From Chiloscyllium plagiosum (lineage: Eukaryota): a stretch of DNA of 64,000 bases. The stretch is from NCBI RefSeq assembly GCF_004010195.1, contig NC_057720.1:16079301-16143300 (forward strand), in the 5' to 3' direction. The position numbers were made by a program, and so were the translations under genes. Below, piece after piece: positions 1 to 11,819 of the stretch. Numbering within the stretch: position 1 is the first letter of the stretch; each line of letters begins with the position of its first letter. Under the pieces are notes generated by a model. That model had not been told where the DNA came from. It searched no databases and was given only the letters and a program-made list of their open reading frames with translations.

Positions 1-590
1 CGTGAGTTCAATTCCCACACCAGCTGAGGCTACCGTGAATTTGTTTGATTTGATTTATCATTGACACACGTACCTGGGTATAGTGAAAAGTTTTGTTTTG
101 TGTACAGTACAAGTAGATAATACCATACAAAGTTCATTATGGTAATAGAACACAGCGAGGAATACAATGTTATGGCTGTAGAGAAGGTGCACAAAGAGTG
201 AGATCAGCATTAAATTTGAAATTTGAGAGATTCATTTAGAAGTCTAATAACAGCGGGGAAAAAGCTGCTCTTGAATCTGTTGGCACATATGTTTAAGCTT
301 TTGCATCTTCTGCTCAATGGGCGAGGTCAGAAGACAGTCTAACCAGGGTAAGAGGGGTCTTTGATTGTGTTGTTTCCTTTTCCAAGGCAGCGAGAAGTAT
401 AGACCAAGTCAATGGATGGACTGGGGCTGTGTGCACAACTCTGTATAGTTTCTAACAGTCCTGGGCGGAGAAATTGCCATACCAAGCATGATGCATCAAG
501 ATAGAACTCTCTCCCTTTGGCTGACCCTTGGGTTAAACCATCGCCAATTGTCTATTCCTAATAAGACAGCACGCCAAGTATCCTGTAAAA
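1..590 (+). mobile_element. tRNA-like SINE (family 3) split by a LINE insertion; halves at 1-39 and ~506-590
   Basis: 1-39 (GAGTTCAATTCCCACACCAGCTGAGG, B-box-like) and ~506-590 (TGACCCTTGGGTTAAACCATCGCCA...) match consecutive parts of the uninterrupted copy at 48478-48685. Confidence 0.55.
40..505 (-). mobile_element. Rex1/Babar-like LINE 3' fragment
   Basis: (TTTGA)n tail at 40-57; reverse strand resembles the 3' ends at 14590-14930 and 41610-42485 (FKSSFFPAVIRLLN-like end). Confidence 0.7.
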
Positions 591-1079
591 ATTCACCACC
601 ACCACCTCCCCCCTCATCCATATCTAAGCGTGTGTGAAATGGGCCCTACTCCTGGTTCTTAATTTTACCATTTTACAATCCTAACAAAATGGAAGCCTAC
701 AAACAGCACATTTTGGAGAAATATTGCCGATTATTATTAAAACAAAAGGGCAATAAAGTAAATCACAACTATGGACAGGTAGTGAAAATAAGAAGAGAGG
801 TTAGCTTTATAACTCACAGTTGGTCCATCACAGAAGTCATTCTTCCAATTGTGCTAAAGTAACTTACTCAGCCCCATATGCCTTTCCCATATAGCGCTGA
901 ATCCTTTTTCTACACAGTTAATTATCCAAAGACACCATGGAATCCATCTCCACCACACTCTCAGGAATTCTATTCCAGATCCTAACCGCTCATGGTAATA
1001 AAATATTTTTCCTCTTATCATCATCACTTCTTTTGTCAATCACCTTAAAACAATCAAACAATATCTTTCTGATAGCATT

Positions 1080-1350
1080 TTTAACAAGAGGAATTTTTAA
1101 TGGGACAATGCTGAGAGAACTCTTTTTGTTTTATTTTCTCAATGGCACCATGAGGTCTTTAAAACTACACGTAAAACGCCAGAACAGACAGACAAAGCCT
1201 CGGTTTAATGTCTCATCTGAAGCACAGAACCTCCAACAATGCAGCAACTCTTCTAATAATGACTGGTATGTCAGTCTAGATTATCTGTTCGAGTACAGCT
1301 TCACCCTACAACCTTTGGTTCAGAAGCAATAATGCGACTAACTCAGGCAA
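1080..1350 (-). mobile_element. Deu-domain-like SINE fragment (decayed)
   Basis: Similar to 17330-17720 (CCATGAGGTCTTT, CCTCGGTTTAATGTCTCATCTGAA, CAATGCAGCA). Confidence 0.5.
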
Positions 1351-1439
1351 ACTGACACTTGAAAGAAATTTATCAAGGTTGAAATACATATTTAAAATTT
1401 ATCAGTACTTTCAAATCATCCTGAATTATGAGCTGCACA

Positions 1440-1745
1440 GCTGTAACTCACCAAGACTTTCCTGACTGCACCTTCCAAACCCATGACCTTTACCACCTAG
1501 AAGGACAAAGACAACAGATAGATGAGAACACCACCACCTTCAAGTTTACAGACACCACTTGACTTGGAAATTATATCACTATTCCTTCACTGTGGTTGGG
1601 TCAAAATCCTGGAACTCACATTGGCCATACCTATGCAACGTGGATTACAGTAGTTCAAGCAGGCAGTTCATCTTGTCAAGGCTAAATGTGGATAGGTAAC
1701 GAATACTGGTCTTACCAGCAGAACCACATCCCACAATTTTTTTTT
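1440..1745 (+). mobile_element. LINE 3' end (L2/Crack-like family) whose tail is shared with SINE family 2
   Basis: CACCTTCCAAACCC, GAACACCACCACC, GGGTCAAAATCCTGGAACTC and CCACATCCCA tail; related sequence on the minus strand at 20330-20500. Confidence 0.55.
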
Positions 1746-1932
1746 AAAAAACAATTATGCTTCCAATTAGTGAATGTAGTTGTTGCATATTAATAATGGG
1801 TGCTTAACACAAAGGTGTGTCTCAGTATTCAACATTACTTGGTTAAAATTGTTACCACATCTGCAGCATGTGTTGTTTGCTAGAGGAACTCTAGCTCAAA
1901 ATTGATGGTCTGGAACCTGAGCTTCAAACACC

Positions 1933-2750
1933 GTGGCACATCTGGGAGGGAGAATAGAACCTGGATGCTTTGCTTTGTGTCAGGAGGCGGTCACAAGTGG
2001 TAGATTAAGCACTTCAAATCCAATCAGTGATCAGGGACAACAGGGTGTGACTGCAAGTGAGACAGATAGGGGGATCCTGAGTTCAGGAACAGAGGAACCT
2101 CAGCTCTTGATCTTGTCCAACAAGTATGAGGTGCTTGCTCCCAGTATGGATGAGGAAAAGGGCTGCAGGGAGAATGAGCCAGTTGACCACGGCACCATGG
2201 TGCAGGAGGCCATTCAAGAGGGGAGAGCAAAGAGACAAGTAATGGTTGTAGGGGATTCTATAATTGGGGAGATAGATAGCATCCTTTGCAAGCTGGATAG
2301 GGAGCCCCGCATGGTGTGTTGCCTGCCAGGTGCCAGGGTGCAGGATATCTCTGGTCGGCTTGAAAGGATATTGGAGCAGGAGGAGGAGGATCCAGTTGTT
2401 GTGTTCCATGTTGGGACTAACAACATCATCTGCAGTCATTGTTTTTACCTGGAGGACATGTTTGGGGATAATCAAGCACTAGGAACGAAATTAAGGAACA
2501 GGTCCTCAAGGGCCATAATCTCCAGATTACCACCCGAGCCACATGCAAATTGGCTTAGGGACAAAAAAATTAAGGAAGTAAACATATGGCTAAGGGAGTG
2601 GTGTGGGAAAGAGGGAATTCCATTTCCTGGGCATTGGCATCAGCTTTAGACAAGAGAGATCTGTACCAATGGGACAGTCTCCACCTGAACCGACTTGGAA
2701 TCAGTGTTCTAGCAAAAAGGATAAATAGGGTGGTCACTAGGACTTTAAAC
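1933..2750 (+). pseudogene. CR1 ORF1, SGNH/GDSL esterase-like
   Basis: Motifs VVGDSII, CCLPGARV, HVGTNNI and, after a frameshift, WDSLHLN. Confidence 0.9.
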
Positions 2751-2944
2751 TAGTGAGTCAGGGGAAGGGAAGGGGAAAATGACAGGAAGTGTGGTGATAA
2801 ATAAAAAGAAAACTAGCAGGTTAGCATGTGTGCAGGAGGGTTTAACTACATGGCAGACTATAAAATTGGTAAAAAGGAAGGATAACTCAGGAGATATTAT
2901 TATTTAAAATGTTGGAATTCATAAAGATGGTACAAAATCCGCAT

Positions 2945-5599
2945 AAGGGCATTTTACCTGAATGCTCATAGCATTTGTAACAAGGTAGATGAGTTAACGG
3001 CACAAATCATCACGAATGAATATGATTTAGTAGCCATTGCGGAGACATGATGACAGGATAGTCACGACTGGGAGTTAAATTTCAGGAGTATTAGACTATT
3101 CGGAAGGACAGACTGGGAGGTAAGGGAGGTGGTGTAGCTTCGATATTTAAGGATGACATCAGGGCAGGGGTGAGAGATGACATAGGTTCAATGGAGACTA
3201 AGGTTGAATCCATTTGGGTGGAAATTAGAAATTCCAAGAAGAAAAAGATACTGACAGGTGTGGTTTATAGACCACCAAATAATAATATAACATTGGAACG
3301 GGCAATAAACAAAGAAATAATGAATGCCTATAAAAATGATACATTAATTATCATGGGGGATTTTAATCTACATGTCAATTGGTCGAACCAGGTTGGTAAG
3401 GGTAGCCTTGAGGAGGAGTTCATTGAATGGATCAGCAATAGTTTCCTTGAACAATATGTCATGGAACCAATGAAGGAGCAAGCTATCCTAGATCTAGTCC
3501 TGTGTAATGAGACAGGAATAATTAATGCCCTCATAGTTAGGGATCCTCTTGGAAGGAGCGATCACAGTATGGTTGAATTTAAAATACAGATGGAGAGTCT
3601 GAAGATAAAATCCAATACTAGGGTCCTGTGCTTAAACAAGGGAGACTACAATAGGATGAGGGAGGAGTTAGCTAAAGTAGACTGGAAGCAAAGACTTTAT
3701 GGAGGGACAGTTGATGAACAGTGAAGGACTTTCAAAGAAATTTTAGTGCTCAGCAAAAATATATTCTAGTGAAAAGGAAGGATTGTAAGAAAAGGGGTAA
3801 TCTGCCATGGGTGTCTCAGGAAATAAGGGAGACTATCAAATTGAAAGAGAAGGCATACAAAGTGGCCTAGATCAGTGGGAAACTAGAAGATTGGGAAAGC
3901 TTTAAAGGTCAACAGAAAGCCACAAAAAGAGCTACAGAGAAAGGTAAGATAGATTGTGAGAAAAAACTAGCTCAGAATATAAAGACATAGCAAAAGTTTA
4001 TATATATATACAGCAAAAAAGAGTGGCTAAAGTAAACATTAGTCCTTTAGAGGATGAGAGGGGGGATTTAGTAATGGGATATGAGGAAATGGCCGAGGCA
4101 TTGAATAGGTATTTTGTGCCTGTCTTCACAGTGGAGGACACTAATACATGCCAGTAATTGACGAAGAGATGGAGGTAGGTGAGGACCTGGAAACCGTCAT
4201 CATCATGAAAGAGGCAAGCTAATGGAGCTAAGGGTAGATAGTTCTCCTGGCCCTGATGGAATGCATCCCAGGGTACTAAAAGAGATGGCAGGAGAAATAG
4301 CAAGTACACTGTTTAAAAAAGGGAGGTAGACAAAAGATGGGGTATTATAGACCAGTTAGCTTAACTTCTACAGTGGGGAAAATGCTTGAGTCTATTATCA
4401 AGGAAGAAATAGCAAGGCATCTCAATAGAAATTGCCTTGATGGGCAGATGCAGCATGGGTTCATGAAGGGCAGGGCATGCTTAATTAATCTTTCGGAATT
4501 CTATGAAGACATCACAAACATGGTGGACAACGGGGACCCAGCAGATGTGATGTAACAAGATTTCCAAAAGCCACTTGACAAGGTGCCGCACAAAAGGCTG
4601 CTGCAAAAGATGCAAGGCATTACCGGCAATGTTTCAGTGTGGACAGAGGATTGGTTAACCAACAGGAAGCGAACAGTGGGAATAAATGAGTGCTATTCTG
4701 GTTGGCAATCAGTGACTAGTGGTGTGCCTCAAGGATCGGTGTTGGGGCCATAATTATTCACAATTTATATTGATGATTTGGCGTTAGGGACTACGTGTAT
4801 GGTGTCAACGTTTGTGGATGACACTAAGATGAGTCGCACAGCAAAGTGTGCAGAGGACTATAAAACTTTGCAGAGGAACATAGAAACTTTAAGTGAAAGG
4901 GCAAAGGTCTGGCAGATGGAATACAATGTTAATAAATATGAAGTCATCCATTTCAGTATGAATAACACTAAAAAGGACTATTACTTGAATGGTAAGGAAT
5001 TGCAGCACGCTGCAGTGCAGAGGGAGCTGGGTGTCCTTGTTCATGAATCACAGAAGGTTGGTCTGCAGGTGCAAATGAAAATTTGTCCTTCATTGCTAAA
5101 TGGATTGAGTTCAAAAGCAGGGAGGTTATGTTGCAGCTGTATAGGATGCTGGTGAGGCCACACCAGGAGTATTGCGCAGTTTTGGTCTCCTTACTTGAGA
5201 AAGGATGTACTACTGCTACATGGGGTGCAGATGAGGCTCATTAGGTTGATTCCAGAGTTGAGGAGGTTGGCTAATGAGGACAGACTGAGTAGACTGGGAT
5301 TATATTTATTGGAATTTAAAAGAATGAGGGGGGATGTTATAGAAAGATATAAAATTATGAAGGGAATGCATAAGATAGAAGTAGAGAGGATGTTTCCACT
5401 GGCAGGTGAAACTAGGATGAAAGGACATAGCCTCAAAATTAGGGGGAGCAAATTTAGGACTGAATTGAGAAGGAACTTCTTCTCCCAGAGGATTGTAAAT
5501 CTATGGAATTCCCTGCTCAGTGAAGTGGTTGAGGCTTCCTCAGTAAATATTTTTAAAGCTAAGATAGATCGGTTTTATTTTGAACACGGAAGGAATTAA
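2945..5599 (+). pseudogene. CR1 ORF2 (APE endonuclease + reverse transcriptase), broken by stops and frameshifts
   Basis: GVVYRPPN, IMGDFN, LDLVL, SDH (APE); YRPVSLTS, QHGFMKGRAC, SGVPQGSVLGP, FVDDTK (RT); RRNFFSQRIVNLWNSL C-terminus. Confidence 0.95.
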
Positions 5600-6214
5600 G
5601 GGTTATGGTGACCAGGAGGGTAAGTGGAGCGGAGGCCATGAAAAGGTCAGCCATGATCTTATTGAATGGTGGAGCAGGCTCGAAGGGCCAGAGGCCTACT
5701 CCTGCTCCTAGTTCTTATGTTCTTATGTTAAAATAGTAATAGACTAAGGCATTATATTAATGTAAGTCTTCCTTTGCTTCCAGCAACAGATTTTAGGTAG
5801 AGCAAGAACACAGCTGATGGAATATAATATAATGTGGGTAAGTATGAAGTTATTCATATTTGTAGAAGTATATTGTTAAAAGGTGAGAAGTGAGTAAAGC
5901 TTGGAATAGAATGATCTCCTTATGTGTGGCTCTTGGGGAGTTGTAAGCAGGCAAATGGGACTAGTTCTGTTGAGGAAACTTGGTCAGCATGGAAGGGTTG
6001 GGCCAAAGGACCTGTTTCCATGCTGCATGACTCTATGACTCAATAACTTCACACACTGTTCAGTGGTCCACAGCCCCATCATTCACCTTTCAATAACCTT
6101 CAATAATCAGGGCTGGTGCTTAATGCCATCATAATGTTTACCTTGCTTTCACACTTTTACCATTGCTGTAAGCCTGACACCCCCTTTGCTTCCACATACA
6201 TTCAGCTAAAGAGC

Positions 6215-6467
6215 CCTGGCAGCCACATCAGAGTCAAAAAATGTGGCGGTGGAAAAGCACAGCTGGTCAGGCAGCATCCAAGGAGAAGACAGTCGAAGTT
6301 TCGAACATGAGCTTTTCATCAGGATTCCTGATAAAGAGCTCATGCTTGAAACGTTGACTCTCCTGCTCCTCGGATGCTGCCTGACCTGCTGTGCTTTTCC
6401 AGCACCACACTCTTCAACTCTGATCTCCAGCACCTGCAGCCCTCACTTCCTCCTGGCAGACACATCA
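6215..6467. mobile_element. Penelope-like fold-back element with decayed hammerhead cores on both strands
   Basis: Inverted arms around TCATCAGG-ATT-CCTGATAA; TSD CCTGGCAG(C/A)CACATCA at 6215-6230 and 6452-6467. Confidence 0.8.
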
Positions 6468-6544
6468 CTCAGACAACTTGCAATAAACCCAGTGACTCCT
6501 CATTCTCCCTGGCAGGGCAGGGCAGCACATAACAACGGGAAGCC

Positions 6545-6715
6545 ACAAAGAAGAACCGGAAATGACATCATCCACCTGAAGAAACCAAGACCTATAAATA
6601 GAGAGGTGGGACATACTACCAGTCCTTCACCGGAGACTCTCACTGATGATGTTACCTAGTATGATGACGAAACATCTGAAAACAAATCTTCCAGCAAGTT
6701 GACTTACATTCTTAA
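6545..6715 (+). mobile_element. Penelope-like pLTR fragment (second family)
   Basis: AAGAACCGGAAATGACATC...TATAAATAG followed by a hammerhead-like motif. Confidence 0.6.
6641..6678 (+). ncRNA. Minimal hammerhead ribozyme-like motif (decayed)
   Basis: CA-CTGATGA-T-GTTACC-TAGTAT-GATGAC-GAAAC-ATC-TG: core boxes, imperfect stem II, CA/TG stem I. Confidence 0.55.
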
Positions 6716-6894
6716 AGAAGTTACATCTCCAAGGACCCTCAGAGGGGACACTGCTCCAAATTATTGACATTGCTGTGACTGAGGGCCCTGCAACAGCCAT
6801 CAGTGAAACAATCCTGGATGACTATATGTGTCTGCCCTTTATACCTCACTCATCCTGTTCATCCATTCTCATATTCTCTCACTTTTTTTGTTGT

Positions 6895-8200
6895 TCACTC
6901 AAGGGATGTGGGGTCAGTGGGGAAGAAGCTGGTCTTGAATCTGTTTATATGTGTATTCAAACTTTTATATTTTCTATCCAACAGAAGAGGGTGGAAGAGA
7001 GTATATCCAGGCTGGGAGGATCTTTCATTATGTTGGTTGCTTTCCCAAGGCAGCAGGAAGCATAGATGGACTCCATGATGAACGGAGGCTTTGTTCACAA
7101 CTCTCTGCTCTTTCTTGCAGTCTTGGGAACAGCAGTCACCATACCACACTGTGATGCATCCAAATAGGATACTCTCCATGGAGCATCTATAAAAATTGAT
7201 CAGAGTCCTTATGGACATACCAAATTTCCTTATCATCCTGAGGAAGTAGAGACATTTCTGTACTTGCTTGACCATTTCGTTGACATAGGTAGACAAGGAG
7301 AGATTGTTTGTGATCATCACTCCCAGGAACTTGACACTCTCAACCATCTCCACCTCAGCACCAATGATGCAAACAGGTGTGTGCCCTTCTCTCCGCTTCG
7401 TGAAGTCAATGACCAGCTTTTTCACTTTGCTGTCATTGTTGGAGAGATTGTTGTCTTCAACCATGCTGCTAAGCACTCTATCTCTTTCCTGTATTCTGCC
7501 TGGACATTGTTTGAGATCCGACCTGGTGGTGTCGTCAGCAAAGTTGTAAATGGGGCTGGGATGGAATTTGGCCACACAGTCATGAGGGTTTAAAGCATAT
7601 AATAGGGACAGAATACACAGCCTTGCGGAGCACCGTTGTTGAGGATTATGGTGGAGTAGGCATTGTCACCTATTCTTACCAATTCCGGTCTTTGGGTCAG
7701 AAGGTTGAGGAGCAAGTTACAGAGAGAAGAGCTGAGACCAAGGTCTGGAGTTTAGAGATCAGTTTGTTTGGAATTATTGTGTTGAAGGCAGAGCTGTAGT
7801 CAATAAGTAGGAGCCTGACGTAGGTATCCTTGTTATCCAGATGTTCAAGAGATGAGTGTAGGGTCTGGGAGATGAGATCCACTATGAATCTGTTGCACCG
7901 GTCAGCAAATTGCAAACAATCAAGGCAATTTGATTGGCTGGAGTTGACGAGCACTTCATAATGATGGAGGTCAGAGCCACCAGGCAGTAGTCATTAAGGA
8001 ACACTCGATTTTTCTTTGGCATCGGAATGATGGTGGTCTTCTTTAAGCGGGTAAGGAATTCAGATCATAGTAAAGAGACATTAAAGATGTCTGTGAATAC
8101 TCCTGCCAGCTGACCCAAACAATCTGAGTGCACAACCAGGGACTCCATCCAGGCCAGTCAATTTCACCGCCTTTCTGTTCAAAGTAAGCGTTGGGGTGTA
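6895..8200 (-). mobile_element. Rex1/Babar-like LINE, RT region
   Basis: ORFs 7697-7954 ([18 protein letters not shown]) and 6895-7575 (FADDTT, KFLGV, LYFLRMIRKF, ESILFGCITVWYG). Confidence 0.85.
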
Positions 8201-8558
8201 CTGTTGCCCATAATTCTGTTTGACTTTGCCTTAAACGCATCATAGTATACAAGTAAAGGCAGATATAGAATGATGGCTGTGCTTGGTAAATCTCCAGACT
8301 TGTGACAGAGTTCTGTCACTTCCAAGGAGCATGGAGGCATCCAGTTCCAAGTAGTTTTAGGGATTTACAGAGTTTAATGTACACCTTGTTCAGTCAACAG
8401 ATGGTAAATAACTGGATGACAGCAGCTGAACCCAGCCTTAATACAATGTCTAATTACTGACATTTCAGCTTCTGTAAGAGCCGAGGCCAATGCCATCCAG
8501 TATCTGACAGCTGCAATTAAAGATCCAGCCTATGCTTTGACATCCTTGCTATTTACAT

Positions 8559-9070
8559 TAACATGCAGGTTCAGCCTTATAACATTTAGGTCCAGACGTC
8601 TAATCTGCAGGTCCAGTCATGTAATGTGCATGTCCAGTCTTACAGCATGGAGGTCCAGTCTTATAACATGCAGGTTCAGTCTTATAGCATAGTCTTATAA
8701 TATCCAGGTCCAGATTTATATCATGTAGGTCCATACTTATAAAATGTTGGTTCAAAGTTATTACATTCAAGTCCAGATGCATAACATGCAGGTTTAGACT
8801 TGTTGCGTGCAGGCTGAGACTAATAGTATGCAGGTTCAGTTTATATCTTACAGGTCCAGTCTTATAACATGCAGGACCAGACTCATATCATTCAGGTCCA
8901 GCTTAAAACATACAGGCTCAGTCTTGTAGCATACAGGTCCAGCCTTGTAATAGCCAGGTCCAAACATATAACATGCAACTTCAGACTGGTTGCATTCAGG
9001 CTGGGACTTATAGCATGCAAATCCAGTCTTCTTACATGTGGGTCCAGATTTACAACATGTAAGTCTAGTT
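8559..9070. repeat. Diverged 21-bp minisatellite, roughly 24 units
   Basis: Consensus about TAACATGCAGGTCCAGTCTTA repeating with 21-nt period. Confidence 0.9.
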
Positions 9071-9140
9071 TTTTGTGACGTCTCTGGGATTAACAGGGCT
9101 TAATGTCCAGTGCAGAACCACAGTGAGCTGTGACAAAGTT

Positions 9141-9158
9141 TGGGGGCTTGTCCAGGAT
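9141..9158 (+). other. LTR-retrotransposon primer-binding site (tRNA-Pro)
   Basis: TGGGGGCTTGTCCAGGAT, 2 CpG-type changes from TGGGGGCTCGTCCGGGAT; 5 nt after an LTR-like end TGTGACA (9135) and upstream of gag. Confidence 0.85.
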
Positions 9159-9427
9159 CAACTTTGAAACAAAAGCATCAAGGATTTGGGCAAGGTATTA
9201 TCAATAGATCAGGTGACAGAAAACACCAGCTTTTGCTACTCATTTAAAACAAAGCACTGGAAACAAAAGAAAATCTCTTTAAGATGGCAGAGTTGTCTCC
9301 GATTGTCCTAAGAGTATTCTTAAAAAACAAGTTGATTCAATTAGCAGGTAAACTAGAAGTGGTATTGCCTGACAGAGCTCCTAAGACAGATATAATTAAG
9401 GTGCTAACACAACACTTGAGTTTAGAG

Positions 9428-11819
9428 CAGGGGTGGGCAATTAATTCTTCCAAGGGGCCACATGAGAAACCTGAGTTGTGTTGGAGGGCCAAACCAACAA
9501 TAAGTTGAACATAATTCTGCTCAATATTAATTTTCTCCCATTGTAAAAAGTGCTAAATTATATAGTTTTGCACCGAAAAACTTATAATCAAAAGAATAAG
9601 GATATTCTGTTACAATAAAGATATGAAATTGTGGAGTAGGTCAAATATAGAAGAAATAAACAGTAAAAACAACAATTTCAGTATTTCATTTTATTTTTAA
9701 CATGTTAATCTCACAAACCAATAATGAAAAGTTGTTTCATTATTGTTCAGTATTACAAACAACAAACAACTCTATACAAAAAGCAATAAGTGCTTTTGAT
9801 GTTTTTCAGTTCATTTTACTTGTTTAGTGAGAAAAGTCCAGGCTGTTTTGGGCTTGAACAAGTGCACTGAAATCTGGTTGAATGTCTGAGGTGGATATGC
9901 CTGAGAGGTGATCATCAGTGATAGAGGATCTGTATTTGGATTTGTTGAACTTCACCACTGAGAATGTCTGTTCACATATATAGGTAGATCCAAAGAGGAC
10001 TAGAATCTTTTGAGCATGCCTCCTCTTGTGTGGAAAGTTCTCCTCTTTGAGGGAAGAGTAAAAATCAAGCAGTGAGACTGACTTAAAGTATTCTGCCAGA
10101 AGTGTGTCAGGCTGCAGGTCAATGAGTTCAAGCTGAACATCACTAGGTGCATTCTCCACATTGCATGTAAATGGGGAAAAAAAATCATATGCATTTCATT
10201 CTCAACCATTTTAAAGTCTTGAAATCACCTTGAAAATTCACCATGCAGAGCTTCTAACATAGATGAGTACCTGTGGAGGTGATCAGCTGAAGGTGCGGCT
10301 TCCTTCAGTGTTGGCAAATGGGTGAGAATGTTGACCTCCATTTGGCTTGAGAGAAGCTGCAACTTTCTCATAAAAGCCTTCACCAAGTTGTACATTTCAT
10401 GCCCAAAAAGGCCCTTGCACTGCAGTTTCACATCTAGTTCATTCATAAGTGTAGTCACGTCAACAGCAAAACCAAGGTGTGCAATCCAGTCTGCATCTGA
10501 AAGCTGTAGAATGCCATTCCCTTTCTTCACACAGAAATCTTGAATCTCTTCTCTCAGGTCCCACATACTTTTCAGTATTTTGCCCAGGCTGAGCCACCTG
10601 ACAGCTGTGTGGTAGCCTATGTCACGATGTTCAGTCTCATTTTCCTCCAAAAGTGCAACAAACTGCCTGTGATTCAAAGCTCTTGCCCTGATGAAGTTAA
10701 CTATTTTAGTTACAACATCAACCACATGGTTAATTTTTAACACTGACTTACACAACACTTCCTGATGTATAATACAATGCAAAAATACCGATTTCTGTTC
10801 AAGGTCAATTTCTGTCACTTTATCTTGCATTCTCGTTAAGAGTCCAACATTTTTTCCCGTTTTAGTCCCAACATGTCCAAACATGCATTTACCTCCGTGA
10901 ACAAATTATTACCAGTTGTTGTTCCTTTCATTGACTTCATGGCTGCCAGCTCCTCTGTGATTTTAAAGTCCGTAGTTATCCCATGTATGAAGATGAGTAA
11001 CTGGGCTGTGTCACGTACGTCGCAGCTCTCATCCAAAGCCAAGGAAAAAAAGTCAAAGTTGACCACTCTGTGCTGCAGCTGAAGCTCCAGATTTCTCGCA
11101 ATGTCCCCAATCCTACTCATTACAGTGCGTCGGGAGAGGGGCACATTCTCAAATGCCTCCTTTTTCTCCGGGCATATTAGTTCTGCAGAGTCCAACAAGC
11201 GCTCCTTAGTAAACTCTCCATCAGAAAATGGTTTACTGTTTCTGGCGATTTTGTGGGTTATGACATAACTTGTCTTGACAGCTGCATCTCTAGATATGTG
11301 AAGTTTAGTAAAAGGTCTTTGCTGGTTAGGCAGCTTAGCTAGCATAGCATCCGACTCCCTTGCCCACTCTTGATCAGACAAGTTGTTGTACTTCTTGGCG
11401 TGTTTGGTCACGTAGTGGCGATTCAAATTATAATCCTTGAACACAGCGACCTGTGCACCACAAACCAAGCACACGGCTTTACCTCCGATTTCTATAAATA
11501 AATGTCTAGCAGTCCATGTCTTGTTAAAAACGTGGCATTTCGTATCAACCTTCTTTTGTTTGGCGTGAGCTGACATTTTGAGGGCTAGCCAGCAGGCATC
11601 ACTTAGCTATTCACGCACGTACGCACATACACGTGCATGTGCGTCCATATGTAAATAAAAAAAGCATCCTTTTCAAAACAAAAGCAATACAGTTGTATTG
11701 TGTGCATGGCGTAAGTACTTTTTCATTTATGTTGTAATTTAAGATTGACCTCGTGCGGGCCGGACAGGGACGACCAAAGGGCCGGATATGGCCCGCGGGC
11801 CGTAAAAAGCCCAGGTCTA
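9428..11819 (-). mobile_element. hAT DNA transposon, Buster/Charlie type, both ends present
   Basis: Termini CAGGGGTGGGC and GCCCAGGTCTA (imperfect TIR); 8-bp TSD GTTTAGAG 9420-9427 and GTTTCGAG 11820-11827; subterminal GGGCC(G/A) motifs. Confidence 0.93.
9824..11576 (-). pseudogene. Buster-type hAT transposase (GTF2IRD2/SPIN-like), frameshifted into 4 ORF pieces
   Basis: BED-like finger CLVC...RHYVTKH, FSLALDES (first D), HCIIH (CxxH), VRWLS, FGSTYICEQTFS (catalytic E region). Confidence 0.93.

Larger units (their letters stand above)
1855..5729 (+). mobile_element. Near-full-length CR1 LINE (decayed)
   Basis: Colinear ORF1 esterase, APE endonuclease and RT fragments, then a 3' UTR ending in (TTCTTATG)2 at about 5711-5729. 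Confidence 0.95.

Noticed and set aside
937..1332. 131-aa ORF as a real gene
   Set aside because: Spans antisense CR1 and SINE remnants; no domain
8559..9070. CRISPR-like array or repeat-protein genes (ORFs 8600-8782, 8869-9078)
   Set aside because: Head-to-tail 21-mers with no unique spacers; the ORFs arise because the period is a multiple of three
9824..11576. Host gene GTF2IRD2/ZBED/EPM2AIP1-like
   Set aside because: Frameshifted, lacks a catalytic motif, and is bounded by TIRs and a TSD inside a Gypsy gag, so it is a transposon copy rather than a domesticated gene
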